Assembly: GCA_963758715.1 (NCBI GenBank)
Contig: CAVWWK010000014.1
Location: 68,381 to 132,380 of the forward strand
Source: an uncultured Actinomycetes bacterium
Lineage (GTDB): Bacteria > Actinomycetota > UBA4738 > HRBIN12
DNA: 64,000 bases
Direction of reading: 5' to 3'
Shown: positions 1-11,364 of the stretch, piece by piece
Numbering within the stretch: the stretch's first letter is position 1
Layout of the letters: every line of letters begins with the position of its first letter
Program-made: the position numbers and the translations under genes
The notes under the pieces: generated by a model
The model's input: the letters and a program-made list of their open reading frames with translations, nothing else
What the model was told of the DNA's origin: nothing
The model's database searches: none

Positions 1-70
1 TGAAGGCGAGCCGCTCCAGCAGCTCGATCGGTGCGCGACGGAAGGAGATCCCGAGGGTGAGGATGGCCAT
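1..70 (-). CDS. hemA: Glutamyl-tRNA reductase, first 23 codons only (gene runs off the left edge)
   Basis: The reverse-strand ATG at 70..68 is followed by MAILTLGISFRRAPIELLERLAF. This resembles the conserved HemA N-terminus (hhGhSH+xAPhxhRE+hxF). The fragment is very short, so the call is tentative. Confidence 0.4.
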   Translation of the reverse strand, partial: MAILTLGISFRRAPIELLERLAF

Positions 71-109
71 GAGCAGGTAGGTCAGGGATTCTAGCTGCCT
101 CGGCGCCGT

Positions 110-1307
110 TCAGGCCCAGTCGAGTCGCAACGAGTCGAACCGCAGCGGTTCGAACGGCGAGGGATCGAACGGCGGCTTCTCGTCCGCGAGCTGACAGGCC
201 ACGAGCTGTGCGGTCCCCGCCCCCAGGATCACGCCTTCCGAACCGTGACCAGTGGCGACGTGCAGTCCCTCCCGGACGGGTCCCACGAACGGCCGCTCGT
301 CGGGGGAGAGCGGACGGACGCCCCACCACGAGGAGAGCAGCTCCGCTCGGGCCAGCGCGGGGACGATCTGGATCGCGGCGGCGAGCAGACGGGGCACGAC
401 GTCGGTGTCCGCGGGCTCCGGTGTGAGCCAGGTCTGGCGTGAGGAACCGACGAGCACGCTGCGGCCGTCACGATGCGGGTGCACGATCGTGCCGATCGCG
501 CTTCCCGGGATGCCGTCGGCGACGATCTCGCCCGCCGTCGGCCGCGGGACCGCGCCTTCGTCGCGGAGCGCCGCATGGGGGCCCGGGTGATTCGATCAGG
601 TGCGTCAGCAGGTGTGGATCGGTCCGGAGCCGGGCGATCCACCCGCGGGCTCCCGTGATCGGGAGGCGCACGCCCACGGGGTCGAGCAACTGCTGAGACC
701 ACGGGCCGGCCGCGACGATCGTGGTGTCCGCCTCGATCACGCCGTCGTCGGTGACCACGCCTCGCACGGTGTCGTCCTTCACCGCGAGCGCTCGCGCGTG
801 CAGGTGGTGTCGGATCGAGGCGCCTCGATCGGCGGCCGCCAGCGCCATCGCGACCGTGAGCGCGCCCGGATCCATGCGATGGCCGTGGTGCACGAGCCAG
901 GCGCCGGCGAGGTTCGGGCTCATCGCGGCCTCGGCGTCGCGGATCGCCCGCGGAGTCTCGAGCTCGTCCACGTCCACGCCGTGGGACCGCGCGATCTCGA
1001 CGGCTTCGACCGCGGCGCGATACTCGGCTCGGTCGTTCGCCACCAGGATCTGTCCGACCGGCTCGCGATCCAGGCCGATGTCGATCGGGGCGTCGGGGGC
1101 GATCTGCAGGTACCGCGCGAGGCTCGCTTCGGCCATGGGCAGGTTCGCGGCGTCCTCGGGCAGGACCCAGAGCCCCTGGTTCCGCCCCGATGCGTGGGCG
1201 GCCAGGTGGTCGCGTTCGACGAGCGTAACGGCGGCGCCTCGTTCGGCCAGCTCCATGGCGCAGGCGGCGCCGATCACACCTCCGCCCACGATGACCACGT
1301 CAGGCAT
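110..1307 (-). pseudogene. FAD-dependent oxidoreductase (DadA/glycine-oxidase-like), frame broken once
   Basis: ORFs 468..1307 and 110..484 (same strand, different frames) join into one protein. The N-terminus has the dinucleotide-binding motif VVIVGGGVIGAACAMELAERG. The C-terminus reads ...HVATGHGSEGVILGAGTAQL. The frame switches somewhere in 470-590. Confidence 0.8.
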
Positions 1308-1338
1308 GGCGCGAAGCGTAGCCCGTACAATCGACGAC

Positions 1339-1428
1339 GGAGACGTGCCTGAGAGGCCGAAAGGAGCCGCCTGCTAAGCGGTTAGGGGGTGTTGAGCTCC
1401 CTCGAGAGTTCGAATCTCTCCGTCTCCG
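1339..1428 (+). tRNA. tRNA-Ser (anticodon GCT)
   Basis: The 90-nt sequence folds as a cloverleaf by hand. Acceptor stem is GGAGACG/CGTCTCC and the anticodon stem is GCCGC/GCGGT with loop CTGCTAA (anticodon GCT). There is a long variable arm typical of class II tRNA, a T-arm GAGAG-TTCGAAT-CTCTC and discriminator G. No encoded CCA. Confidence 0.9.
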
Positions 1429-1626
1429 CTCCTCGTTAGCGCTCACAACAGGTTCGACGTTCACCTCAGCTCCCGCCGCTTGGTTCGATATCGAAGGACA
1501 TTCCTTTGCCGATGCCAGGATGGCTCCCTAGTGTCGGGGCGGAGGCGCCGCGGCACGCACCGGCGACCTTCTTCGCCGGTAGTGGACGAGGAAGTGAGAT
1601 GTCGAGCGACGGCAACCTGGGCCTCC

Positions 1627-3346
1627 ATGCTCGATCGCGACGTGCCGATCGAGATGGACGATGGCATCGTCCTGCGGGCCGATGTCTATCGGCCTCATGA
1701 CGACGAACGCCATCCGGTCATCCTCAGCTACGGCCCGTACGGGAAGGGACTGCACTTCCCCGATGGCTATCCGGACGCGTGGCGTGTCATGACCGAGACC
1801 CACCCCGATGTCGAGAAGGGTTCGACGAACCGCTTCCAAGCGTGGGAGGTGTGCGATCCGGAGAAGTGGGTGCCGGACGGGTACGTGTGCGTGCGCGTCG
1901 ACGCGCGAGGGTGGGGCCGTTCACCCGGATACATCGAGCCTTACGCAGCCAGGGGCACGACCGACTTCCACGACTGCATCGAGTGGGCGGGCACACAGCC
2001 TTGGAGCTCAGGCAGGGTCGGGTTGTTGGGGATCAGCTACTACGCCATCACGCAATGGCTGGTCGCCGGCACCCAGCCACCTCACCTGACCGCGATGATC
2101 CCGTGGGAGGGAGTGAGCGACTTCTATCGCGACATGTTCTACCACGGCGGCATGCTCTGTCAGTCCGTGGACACCTGGTACCGCCGAACGATCACGACCG
2201 TCCAGCATGGTCTCGGGGAGCGGAGCTTCCGCAGTTCGATGACCGGCGAGCTCGTGACCGGTCCCGAAACGCTGAGCGACGAAGAACTGGAAGCGAACCG
2301 AAGCGACTACGGCTCGGACGTGCGAGCCCATCCCCTTGCGACGCGTTCCATCGGGAACGCTCCGCCGACTTCTCGCGGATCACCGTGCCCTTCTTGTCCG
2401 CCGGCAACTGGGGAGGCGCAGGTCGGCATCTGCGCGGCAACGTGGAGGGATTCGTGCAGGCCGCGTCTGAACACAAGTGGCTCGAGATCCACGGGCTCGA
2501 GCACTGGACCGAGTTCTACACCGACTACGGAGTGACGCTGCAGAAGCGGTTCTTCGATCACTTCCTGAAGGGCGAGGACAACGGCTGGGAAGCTCAACGC
2601 CGTGTGATGTTGCGCGTGCGAACGGTCGACGGAGGGTTCGTCGACCGAACCGAAGATGGATGGCCGATCGCGCGCACAGAGTGGACCACGTTGCACCTCG
2701 ATCCGGGAGGAGCGGGACTGGTCCCCGAGCGCCTCGCCGAACCCAGCGAGGCGAGCTTCTCCGCACTCGAGGATCCCGGGATCACGATGTCGACGGCTCC
2801 CTTCGACACCGAGACCGAGATCACTGGGCCGGTCGCTGCGAAGCTGTTCGTATCCTCATCGACCGCCGACGCCGACGTGTTCCTCGTGCTCCGGGTGTTC
2901 GACCCGGACGGCGCCGAGGTCGTGGTGCAAGGCGCGGTGGATCCGCACACACCCATCGGACAAGGGTGGCTGCGCGCTTCGCATCGCAAGCTCGATCCCG
3001 AACGATCCGAACCGTGGCGCCCATGGCATACGCACGATGAGCTCCAACCCCTGGCGGCCGGCGAGATTGCTGAGCTCGACGTGGAGATCTGGCCGACGTC
3101 GATCGTGATCCTCCCGGCTATCGCGTCGGTCTCACCGTCAGAGGTACCGACTACGAGTACGAGGGGCCGGACGAAGCCGGCGAGCTCAGCCACTTCAAGG
3201 GCTCGAAGCTTCGCGGGGTCGGCATCTACACGCACGCCGATCCACACCACCGGCCGGTCGAGGTCTACGGAGGCATCACGACCCTGCATGCCGGACCGGA
3301 CCATCGGTCGACACTGCTCCTTCCCGTGATCCCTCCCCTGCGCTAG
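1627..3346 (+). pseudogene. CocE/NonD family (X-Pro dipeptidyl-peptidase S15-like) hydrolase, two frame breaks
   Basis: Pieces of ORFs 1480..2535 and 1779..3329, plus a third frame 3113..3346, join colinearly. Motifs seen: VILSYGPYGKG, GWGRSPG, LGISYYA (nucleophile elbow), VPFLSAGNWGG and the C-terminus HAGPDHRSTLLLPVIP. The breaks lie near 2340 and 3110. The in-frame ATG at 1627 was chosen as start. Confidence 0.8.
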
Positions 3347-3471
3347 CCAGGGTTGCCGGTTGTTTCGACGTCGAATCGAACGAGCATTGTCTTGCGTCCC
3401 TCCGACCGCGGGGCATACGTTCCCGTGGATCGACGACGATGCCCGCGTCGCGCGACTGAGGAGGGTGCTCC

Positions 3472-5245
3472 ATGGCATGGACCTGGGACGGTCGGCGAAC
3501 CATGGGGTCGTCCGCGAAGCCCCGAACCAACCATCCGGGTGGTCGCCGTTCGAGGGGCCCAAGCTCACGAAGCGCGATCGCACTGTTCCTCGTCCTGGTC
3601 TTCGCCCAAGCTTGCACCGGGGCCGCTACCCCTGAAGAGGAGGGTGGAGGCGACGCCGGAGGTGGAACCGGCGCGACGAGCGAGGTGAAGAACCCCGGGG
3701 TCCTGATCCACGCGCAAGGAGGGGAGCCGGATTCGCTCGATCCGGCGCGGGCCGAGCCGGGAGGCCGCGGCGGTCAGGCGATCATCCAGGTATACGACAC
3801 CTTGGTCGCCCGCCCCGTCGAGGGAACCGAGCTCATCCCGAGCCTCGCGACAGAGGTTCCGACTCAGGAGAACGGCTTGGTGTCCGAGGACGGACTCACG
3901 TACACCTTCCCTATCCGCGAAGGTGTGACCTTCCATGACGGGACCGAGTTGACGGCGGAAGACGTCAAGTACTCGTGGGACCGCGTCATCGAGATGGATC
4001 TCGCGGAAGGTGGCTCGTCCCTGTTCACGGACATCGTGCGAAACACCAAGGTTGTGGATGACTACACATTCGAGGTGACGCTCAAGGAGCCGGCGGGGTG
4101 GTTCCTCGCGGGTGTCGTGTACACGCCGACGGCAGTCGTCGTGAGCAAGGATGCGGTCGAGGCGAACGGTGGCGTCGTCGCCGGCGAGCCCAACCAGTAC
4201 ATGGACACACACATGGTCGGCACGGGGCCGTTCTCGTTCGTCGATTGGGAGCGGGGGTCGAGTCTGTCCTTCGAGGCCTTCGGTGAGTACTGGGGCGAAC
4301 CGGTTTCCTTCGATGCTCGATGGGAGGTCGTTCCCGACAACAGCGTGGGGCTGCTCGGGATGGAAGCGGGCGACTACGACATCATCGAGCCGACGCCGCA
4401 GTTCGTGTCGCAACTGGAGGGCAACGAGAACATCTGCATCGAGGAGGCCGGCTACCTCCTCGAGCCGCTCCATCTCGCGTTCAACCTGGACATCCCGGTG
4501 GACAAGCTGCCTCCGGAGGACACCGTCCCGTCCGACTTCTTCCAAGACGTCCGCGTGAGGCAGGCCTTCAACTACGCGTTCGACTACGACGCGTACATCG
4601 CCGCGGGTCTCGAGGGCAACGGGTCGATCGGCACGTACTTGCCGCCGGACATGTTCGGGTCCGATCCCGAACGCGCCCAAGTTCAGTCAGGACCTGGCCG
4701 AAGCTGAACGGCTCTTCCGCGAGAGCGGGTGGTGGGATCAGGGCTTCTCCGTCTCGATACTGGTCGAGAGCAACAACCCCACCTTCGAAAGGGTCGGACT
4801 GATCCTCAAGGATTCGCTCGAGCGCCTGAACGAGAACTTCCGCGTGAACGTCCTGATCGTTCCGGAGGCCCGCTTCGACGAAGCCCACGGCACCGTCCCG
4901 TTCGAGTATCCGATGTGGATCAAGAACGCGGACCTCTTCGCGGATCCGCACCAGATGATGACGACCTACTTCCACCCTGACGGCGAATGGGGAGAGACCC
5001 TCGGCTTCGCGAACGGGTATGAAGATCCACAGCAGATCGCCGATCTCATCGAGCAGGCCGGCACCTCGACCGACGTGGCCGAGCGTGAGCAGATCTACTC
5101 ACAGCTCCTGACGATCCTGCACGAGGACCCGATGTGGCTTTGGGCCGCCGACGAGAAGAACGTGCAGATCCATCAGTGCTGGGTCGACTTCAACTACAAC
5201 CCGCTGTGGATCACGCCGCTCTGGGGTTACATGAACAAGGGCTGA
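3472..5245 (+). pseudogene. ABC transporter substrate-binding lipoprotein, family 5 (peptide/nickel, DppA/OppA-like), one frame break
   Basis: The signal peptide carries the lipobox LVLVFAQAC. The body is typical of family 5 SBPs (LDPARA..., TFHDGTELTAEDVKYSWDR, GTGPFSFVDWERG). ORF 3472..4707 continues in the frame of ORF 4844..5245 (PKFSQDLAEAERLFRESGW...), with the break near 4675-4685. The start is uncertain (3472 or 3502). Confidence 0.85.
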
Positions 5246-5299
5246 GCGGGCTCCGATCGGGCTCGCGTTCCACGACGGTCAGGAGCACGATAGAGGCCG

Positions 5300-6314
5300 A
5301 TGCAGGTTCGTGAGTACGTGGTCAGGAGGCTCCTGAAGCTCCCGCTCGTCCTGATCGCCGTCACGGTGCTCGTATTCGCACTTTCGCGGCTCGGCGGCAG
5401 TCCCATCGGGATCTACCTGCAACACGACATGAGCCAGGAGGAGGTCGCCCAGCTCGAGGAACGCTACGGCGTCAACGATCCTCTCCCGGTCCAATACGTG
5501 GCGTGGCTGGGCGGCGTCTTGCGAGGAGATCTCGGGTGGTCCGGTGTGGCGGTCGCACCCGTGTCAGAGGTGCTCCCGGCGAGATTCGTCGCAACCATGG
5601 AGCTCGCTATCGCCGGCGCGCTGATCGCGATCCTCCTGGGGGTGGGGCTCGGTACGTACGCGGGCTCTCGACACAACAAGCTGGCCGACCACATCACGCG
5701 GGTCATCACGGTGAGCGGTGCCAGCTTGCCACTGTTCTGGTTCGCGCTCCTGGCGCTCATCCTGTTCTATCTGGTCATCCCGATCGCGCCCTTGGGCCGC
5801 TTCGATCAGGACGTCTACGGGCAGATCACGCACTACACAGGGTTCTACACGCTCGACGCCATCTTGAATCTCGATCCGCAAGCGCTGTGGGACTCGCTCA
5901 CCCATCTCGCGCTGCCCGCGTTCGTGCTGGGGTTCGAAGGGATGGCGGTGATCGCACGCATGGTCCGGTCGTCGCTGGTCGAGGAGATGGGTGAGGACTA
6001 CGTCGATTCGGCGAGGGCGAAGGGGCTTCCCGAACGGGACGTGATCCGGCGTCACGCCCGCCGGAATGCCCTCGTGCCCACCATCACGGTCATCGGGCTT
6101 TCGTGGGGGATCCTGCTCCAAGGAACCGTCGTCGTGGAGCTCGTGTTCCGCTGGCCCGGCATGGGCCGCTGGGCGACCGATGCCATCCTGCGAGGCGACC
6201 GCGCCACGATCATGGCGTTCGTCCTGGTCACGAGCGTGGTCTTCCTCACGCGTGAACCTTCTCGTCGACATCGTGCACGCCCATCTCGACCGCCGGGTGG
6301 TGCTGGGGACGTGA
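5300..6314 (+). pseudogene. ABC transporter permease (DppB/OppB-like), frame break near the 3' end
   Basis: ORF 5300..6322 is a typical six-TM binding-protein-dependent permease (MQVREYVVRRLLKLPLVLI...). The canonical C-terminus NLLVDIVHAHLDRRVVLGT* lies in the frame of ORF 6066..6314. The break is near 6250. Confidence 0.85.
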
Positions 6315-6318
6315 GTCG

Positions 6319-7251
6319 ATGAGCTCCATCAGTCATCCGGACGTCTCCTCTCCGAGGCGGACCGGCCGGTGGGCCTCCCTCCACACCCGCTCCAGACGGA
6401 TCGGGGAGCTCCTCGCCGAGGCGATGCGAAGCCCGACCACGGTGATCGGCGTGATCATCATCGTGGTGTTGATCACGATGGCGCTCCTCGCTCCATTGCT
6501 GATCGAGCCGAACCACCCGGACCCCTATCAGATGCCGAGGGACTGGCTCCAGATCAACGCACCGCCCGGCACCCCCGGACACCCTCTGGGCACGACCCCG
6601 CAGGGAGGTGACGTGTTGTACGGGGTGGTGTGGGGAGCCAGGACCTCGTTGCGCCTCGCCTTCATCGTGGTCGGGATCACGATGGTCGCGGGCGTCGCGA
6701 TCGGCAGCCTCGCGGGATTCCTTGGAGGGAAGGTCGATGAGGTACTCATGCGGGTCGTGGATGTATTCCTGGCCGTTCCCGAACTGATCCTCGCTCTCGC
6801 GATCGCGGCGATCCTGGGTCCGTCGTTCCGGAACATCATCCTCGCCATCGCGATCCTGGGATGGCCGAAGTACGCCAGGATCATCCGCGGCCAGATCCTG
6901 CACATCAAACAGAACGAGTACGTCGACGCAGCCAAGGTGATCGGTGACTCCAAGTGGCGGATCTACCGCAAGGACCTGCTCCCGAACGCGATCACGCCGG
7001 TCGTGGTGCAAGGCACGCTCGAGATGGGGCATGTCGTGCTCTTCGCAGCCACGTTGAGCTTCATCGGCCTGGCCGAGGCCGGGTTGGCGGAGTGGGGCAA
7101 CCTCGTGAGCGAAGGCCGAGAGGGGATCGTCGCCGGCCGATGGTGGGTCGCGACGTTCGGAGGTCTCATGGTGTTCCTCTGGTCGCTGGCGTTCAACCTC
7201 GTCGGTGACGGCTTCCGCGACGTCCTCGACCCGCGGACCGAAGGGCGATGA
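6319..7251 (+). CDS. ABC transporter permease (DppC/OppC-like)
   Basis: Intact 310-aa ORF starting 4 nt after the upstream permease. It has an N-terminal TM helix and a conserved permease core (DVLYGVVWGARTSL, GWPKYARIIRGQILHIKQNEYVDAAKVIG). Its stop overlaps the next start (ATGA at 7248-7251). Confidence 0.9.
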   Translation: MSSISHPDVSSPRRTGRWASLHTRSRRIGELLAEAMRSPTTVIGVIIIVVLITMALLAPLLIEPNHPDPYQMPRDWLQINAPPGTPGHPLGTTPQGGDVLYGVVWGARTSLRLAFIVVGITMVAGVAIGSLAGFLGGKVDEVLMRVVDVFLAVPELILALAIAAILGPSFRNIILAIAILGWPKYARIIRGQILHIKQNEYVDAAKVIGDSKWRIYRKDLLPNAITPVVVQGTLEMGHVVLFAATLSFIGLAEAGLAEWGNLVSEGREGIVAGRWWVATFGGLMVFLWSLAFNLVGDGFRDVLDPRTEGR

Positions 7252-8588
7252 TCGGCTTGCGCGGAGCGACGTCGGCGCCGGAGGACGCCGGCCGCACGAG
7301 CGAGCCACCTCCCCTGCTTTCGGTGCGACGACCTCCGTATCCTCTTCGAGACGAAGCGAGGCGCAGGCCTCCGCGGTGGACGGCGTGAGCTTCACATCGC
7401 GCAGGGGGAGACGCTCGGGTTGGTGGGCGAGACCGGCTCGGGCAAGAGCGTGACCGCTCGCGCGTTGCTCCGCCTGGTGCCCCGGCCTCCTGGTGTGTTC
7501 GCGGGCGGTGAAGCATTGTTCCGTCCGACGTCGACGTGCGCGGCATGCGGCGGTGTCGGATGTCCGGCGTGTGACGGCAATGGGGCGCTTGAACGCTCGG
7601 TGTCCCGCGTGCAAGGGAGCGGGGTGTGACGAGTGCGCGGGCACGGGACAGGAGACGGTGGATCTGTTGACCGCGACGGAACGGCGGATGCGCATCGATC
7701 CGAGGCAACCACATCGCGATGATCTTCCAGGATCCAGGGAAGGCACTGAATCCGGGGCTGCCGATCCGCCAACAGGTGGCGGAGGTCTTCGCTCAGCATC
7801 GGGCTGACGAGCTCATGAAGGACGCGGGGATGGACCCCGATCACGCGAACCTGGTGCTCCGCCGCGACGTGCGGCACCGGTCGCGGGCACTCGAGCGATG
7901 GCTGGTCCGGCTGCCTCCGTTCGCTCGGCGACACCGGCGCTTGGAAGGCGGTCGTCGATGAACGGGTCGCGCAGGCGCTCGCCGATACGCGCATCCCGAA
8001 CCCGAGGAAGGTGATGTCTCGCTACCCTCATGAGCTGTCGGGCGGCATGAAGCAACGCGTGATGATCGCCCAGGCATTGGCGGCCGATCCCGAGCTCCTG
8101 ATCGCCGACGAGCCGACCACGGCCCTGGACGTCACGATCCAGGCTCGCATCGTGGATCTCCTGGCGGAACTGCAGCAACGCCACCAGATGGCCATGCTGT
8201 ACATCAGCCACGATCTGTCGCTCGTCCGCCGGATCAGTGCCAGGACGGCCGTGATGTACGCCGGCCAGCTCGTGGAGACGGGTCCGGCGGATCGGGTTTT
8301 CGGGTCTCCGCTCCACCCGTACACCCGTGGACTGATCGGCGCCATCCCCTCCCCCGCGCACCGCCGGGGCGGTCTGGTGGCGATCGAGGGAACGGTGCCG
8401 GAGTTCATCGATCCTGCGCCCGGGTGCCGGTTCGCGGGACGGTGCCCGCATGCCGCTGCGGTCTGCCTGCGGTCGATCCGTTGCTCGTGGAGCAGGGCGG
8501 GTCGCAGAGTGTCGCGTGCTTCGGGTACGCCGACCCGAGTGCGCTCGGGGTGGACCCATCGGACATGCCGATCGTGGGTCGCCGATGA
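7248..8588 (+). pseudogene. Peptide ABC transporter ATP-binding protein (DppD/OppD-like) with a 4x CxxCxGxG zinc-finger insertion; at least five frame breaks
   Basis: Motifs seen: Walker A GETGSGKS (about 7426), Q-loop region IAMIFQDP, signature LSGGMKQR, Walker B LLIADEPTTALD and a C-terminal Cys motif CRFAGRCP. The sequence is spread over all three plus frames (ORFs 7205, 7420, 7493, 7719, 8011). Breaks lie near 7327, 7355, 7405, 7585, 7700, 7960 and 8470. Confidence 0.8.
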
Positions 8589-9806
8589 CCGTGACACCCG
8601 CACGCCCGCGCGACCGGCCGAGACCGGAACGAACGTCTTGACGGTCCGGGATCTGACGAAGCACTTCCCGATCCGCGAAGGGGTCCTGCAGAGGATCAAT
8701 GGCCACGTCAGGGCGGTCGATGGGGTGAGCTTCGACATCCGCCGGGGTGAGACCGTGGGACTGGTCGGTGAGAGCGGATGCGGGAAGTCGACCCTGGGCC
8801 GATGCATCGCCGGTCTGCTCGCCCCGACCGAGGGCGGGATCTATTTCGGACTGGACGACGAGTCGGTGCGTCGTCTCGATGCCCTGCGCGCCATCACCCG
8901 CGGAGCCGAACCCCTAGGGATCGGAGGACGCTGCAGACGCTGACCGAACGACACCGCATCGATCTGATGCCCAAGTACGCGTGGCGGAACTACCGGCGGA
9001 ACTGCCAGGTCGTGTTCCAGGATGCGTTCTCGTCCCTGAACCCGCGGCAACTCGTCATCGATATCGTCGGCCGGCCATTGAAGGTGCACGGGGAGGCGTC
9101 GGGGGCCGAGCTCACCAGGAGGGTCGTCGCACTCCTCGAGAGCGTGGGATTGGGACGGCAGCACCTCTATCGCTACCCCCATCAGTTCTCCGGAGGGCAG
9201 CGTCAGCGGATGTCCATCGCGCGGGCGCTGGCGCTGGATCCCGAGTTCATCGTGCTCGACGAACCCACCAGCGCCTTCGATGTCTCGGTGCAAGCGCAGA
9301 TCCTGAACCTGCTGCACGAGCTACAGCAGGAACGCGGCCTGACCTACCTGTTCATCAGCCACGACCTCAACGTCGTGCAGCACATGAGCGATCGGATCAT
9401 CGTCATGTATCTGGGAGTCGTCGCCGAGGTCGGTGACGCGAAGGACGTCTTCCGCGACCCTCGGCATCCGTATACAGAGGCGCTGCTCGCGGCGAACCCG
9501 GGCATGCACGGGGACGATACCGCGATCCGGCTGCCCGGTTCGCTTCCCGACCCGGCCGCACCGCCGCCCGGGTGCCGATTCCACACCCGATGCCCCGTGG
9601 TGACCGCGCGGTGCGGATGGGATGTCAGCGACGTGTCGCGCATCGTCGAGGAACGCGGCCAGCTTCCGGATGGTTTGAAAGACATCCAGCGCAGGACGCC
9701 GTTCGAGGGCACCCTTTCTTTCGAGAGTCCCGAGCAAGCGACGGCCTTGGTGGCCGAACTGACGGGCGAGGAGATGCCGCACCCCTCCGTGATGCGGCCC
9801 TCCTGA
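8585..9806 (+). pseudogene. Peptide ABC transporter ATP-binding protein (DppF/OppF-like), about two frame breaks
   Basis: The ATG at 8585 overlaps the upstream stop (ATGA). Motifs seen: Walker A GESGCGKS, QVVFQD, signature FSGGQRQR, Walker B FIVLDEPTSAFD and a C-terminal CRFHTRCP. Breaks lie near 8640 and 8930. Confidence 0.8.
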
Positions 9807-9928
9807 TCGAGCGCCGTGGCCGCGATGTCGCTGTCCGGTTCGTCGAAGTGGATGAGATGAGCGTGAGGGACGTCGGCGATGACCACCACAGCGCCTGCAT
9901 CTTGCACGACGACCGTCCGGCTGCCACG

Positions 9929-11038
9929 TCACTGGAGACAGGTAGCGCGACGGAGAGGTCCACCGGGACCCGTCCTCAGCGCCGCCCGGCATCCTCGCAC
10001 GGCGGGTCCGCTCGGCGGAGCCTGCGGTTCCTTCGTGGGCAGCGTGACCTGCGACCCGTTCCTTGGGACTGGGGAACCAGTCGTGGTCGCGGGTTCCTCG
10101 AGCCGGTTCCGCAAGGTCCCGATACCTTCGATCTCGAGCTCGACGACGTCGCCGGGGCGGAGCTTCCGGTAGAGCTCGAGGCCACACCCGAGCCCCACGG
10201 TGCCGCTCCCGATCACCTGGCCGGGCACGACCGGTTCGTTGCGCGACATGTAGGCGACGATCTCCGCCAGGCTCCACGTCAGCGTCGCGGTCGAGCCCCG
10301 CGACCATTCCTCTCCGTTCACCCGGGCGAGCATCGTGAGGTCCTCCACGTCGAGTTCGTCCAGGGTGGTGATCCAGGGCCCGAGCGAGGTGGCGAAGTCC
10401 TTGCCCTTTGCGGGACCGAACCCGGCCGTCATCTCCACGGCCTGGATGTCCCGGGCGCTGAAGTCGTTCATCACCGTGACCCCCAGGACGTGGTCGAGCG
10501 CCACGTCGGGATGCAGATCCTGCCCCCGCGTGCCGATCACCAGGGCGATCTCCAACTCGTAGTCCATGAACTTCGCTCCGCCGGGCCATGGCACCGATCC
10601 CTGATGCCCGATCACGGTCAGGGGATTCATCTTGTAGTAGACGGGAACCTCGTAGAACAGGTCCGGCACCTCGCGCTTCCCCCAGCGTGGGCATTGACCA
10701 GGTGCTGCTCGAACGCGGAGCCGTCTTGCATCGTCGGGGGGTCGATCGCAGCGAGCCACCGCAGATCGCCGATCGGAAGCAGCCGCCTCGTCGTGGGGAT
10801 CCTCGATCGCCGCCCCGGCTCGCACGAACGAGGGCCCGCCTTCGAGGGCCGCCGTCAGGCTGCCGGGGAAGACCGCCGCCGCCAGACGCCCCGCCGCCTC
10901 ACGACTCGCCCCGTTCGCCTCCAGACGGAGCCGCTCGGCAGACCGCAGGTCGACGACCACGCCATCGTCCGGGCGGACACCCACGACACGTGCGAGCGGA
11001 CCATCCGGACCGTCCCGGAGGATGCGCGAGAGCTTCAT
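9929..11038 (-). pseudogene. Fumarylacetoacetate hydrolase (FAH) family protein, compensating frameshift pair
   Basis: ORF 9929..11038 carries the FAH core (VIGHQGSVPWPGGAKFMDYELEIALVIG, NDFSARDIQ, GPAKGKDF, PGDVVELEIEGIGTLRN). About 35 codons around 10680-10790 read as Arg-rich junk. An alternative frame there reads LPIGDLRWLAAIDPPTMQDGSAFEQHLVNAHAGG. One of the two shifts sits at a C5 run (10679-10683). The 60-aa C-terminal tail may also be frame-extended. Confidence 0.75.
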
Positions 11039-11348
11039 GGGACATCATCCAAGTCCGCTGGGATCGGGATCAGTATCTGGCGCTCCCGAGCCGCGAGTAT
11101 CGGCACGATCACGCCTTCGATCAGCGCCTTGAAATGTGGAGTCTCACGATGGGCCAGCAAGGCTGCCTCATCTCGATACTCCTCGTAGAGCACGAACATG
11201 TCCGGGTCCTCGGTCGAGCGCGCGGCACGATAGGTCAGGCAGGCGGGCTCATCACGGTCGACGGCCGACGCCATCGCTCGCAACGTCTCCTCCACGCGTC
11301 GCCGTTCCCCGGTTCCGCGCGATACCTCGCCAACAGCGCCCGCATCAT
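11035..11348 (-). pseudogene. Antibiotic-biosynthesis-monooxygenase (ABM/YgiN-like) domain protein, one frame break
   Basis: ORF 11035..11295 reads ...DRDEPACLTYRAARSTEDPDMFVLYEEYRDEAALLAHRETPHFKAL, which is ABM-like. The missing N-terminal strand (MMRALLARYRAEPGNGDA) lies upstream in another frame, starting at the ATG at 11348. The gene's stop overlaps the start of the FAH gene (11035-11038). Confidence 0.65.
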
Positions 11349-11364
11349 CTCGCCCCTTCCGCGT

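Noticed and set aside
1339-1428. tRNA-Ser might be an integration site of a genomic island.
   Set aside because: There is no integrase, no direct repeat of the tRNA 3' end, and no compositional shift that I could see downstream. The flanking genes look like ordinary metabolic genes.
6052-7746. Very long Arg/Pro/Gly-rich ORFs lie antisense or out of frame to recognisable genes. Examples are 6052-7746(-), 9321-10694(-), 20354-21970(-), 53536-54981(-), 61047-62069(-), 62118-63479(-) and 61121-63115(+).
   Set aside because: These are typical shadow ORFs of high-GC DNA. They have low-complexity R/P/G/A composition and no recognisable motifs. Each overlaps a frame that encodes a clearly conserved protein.
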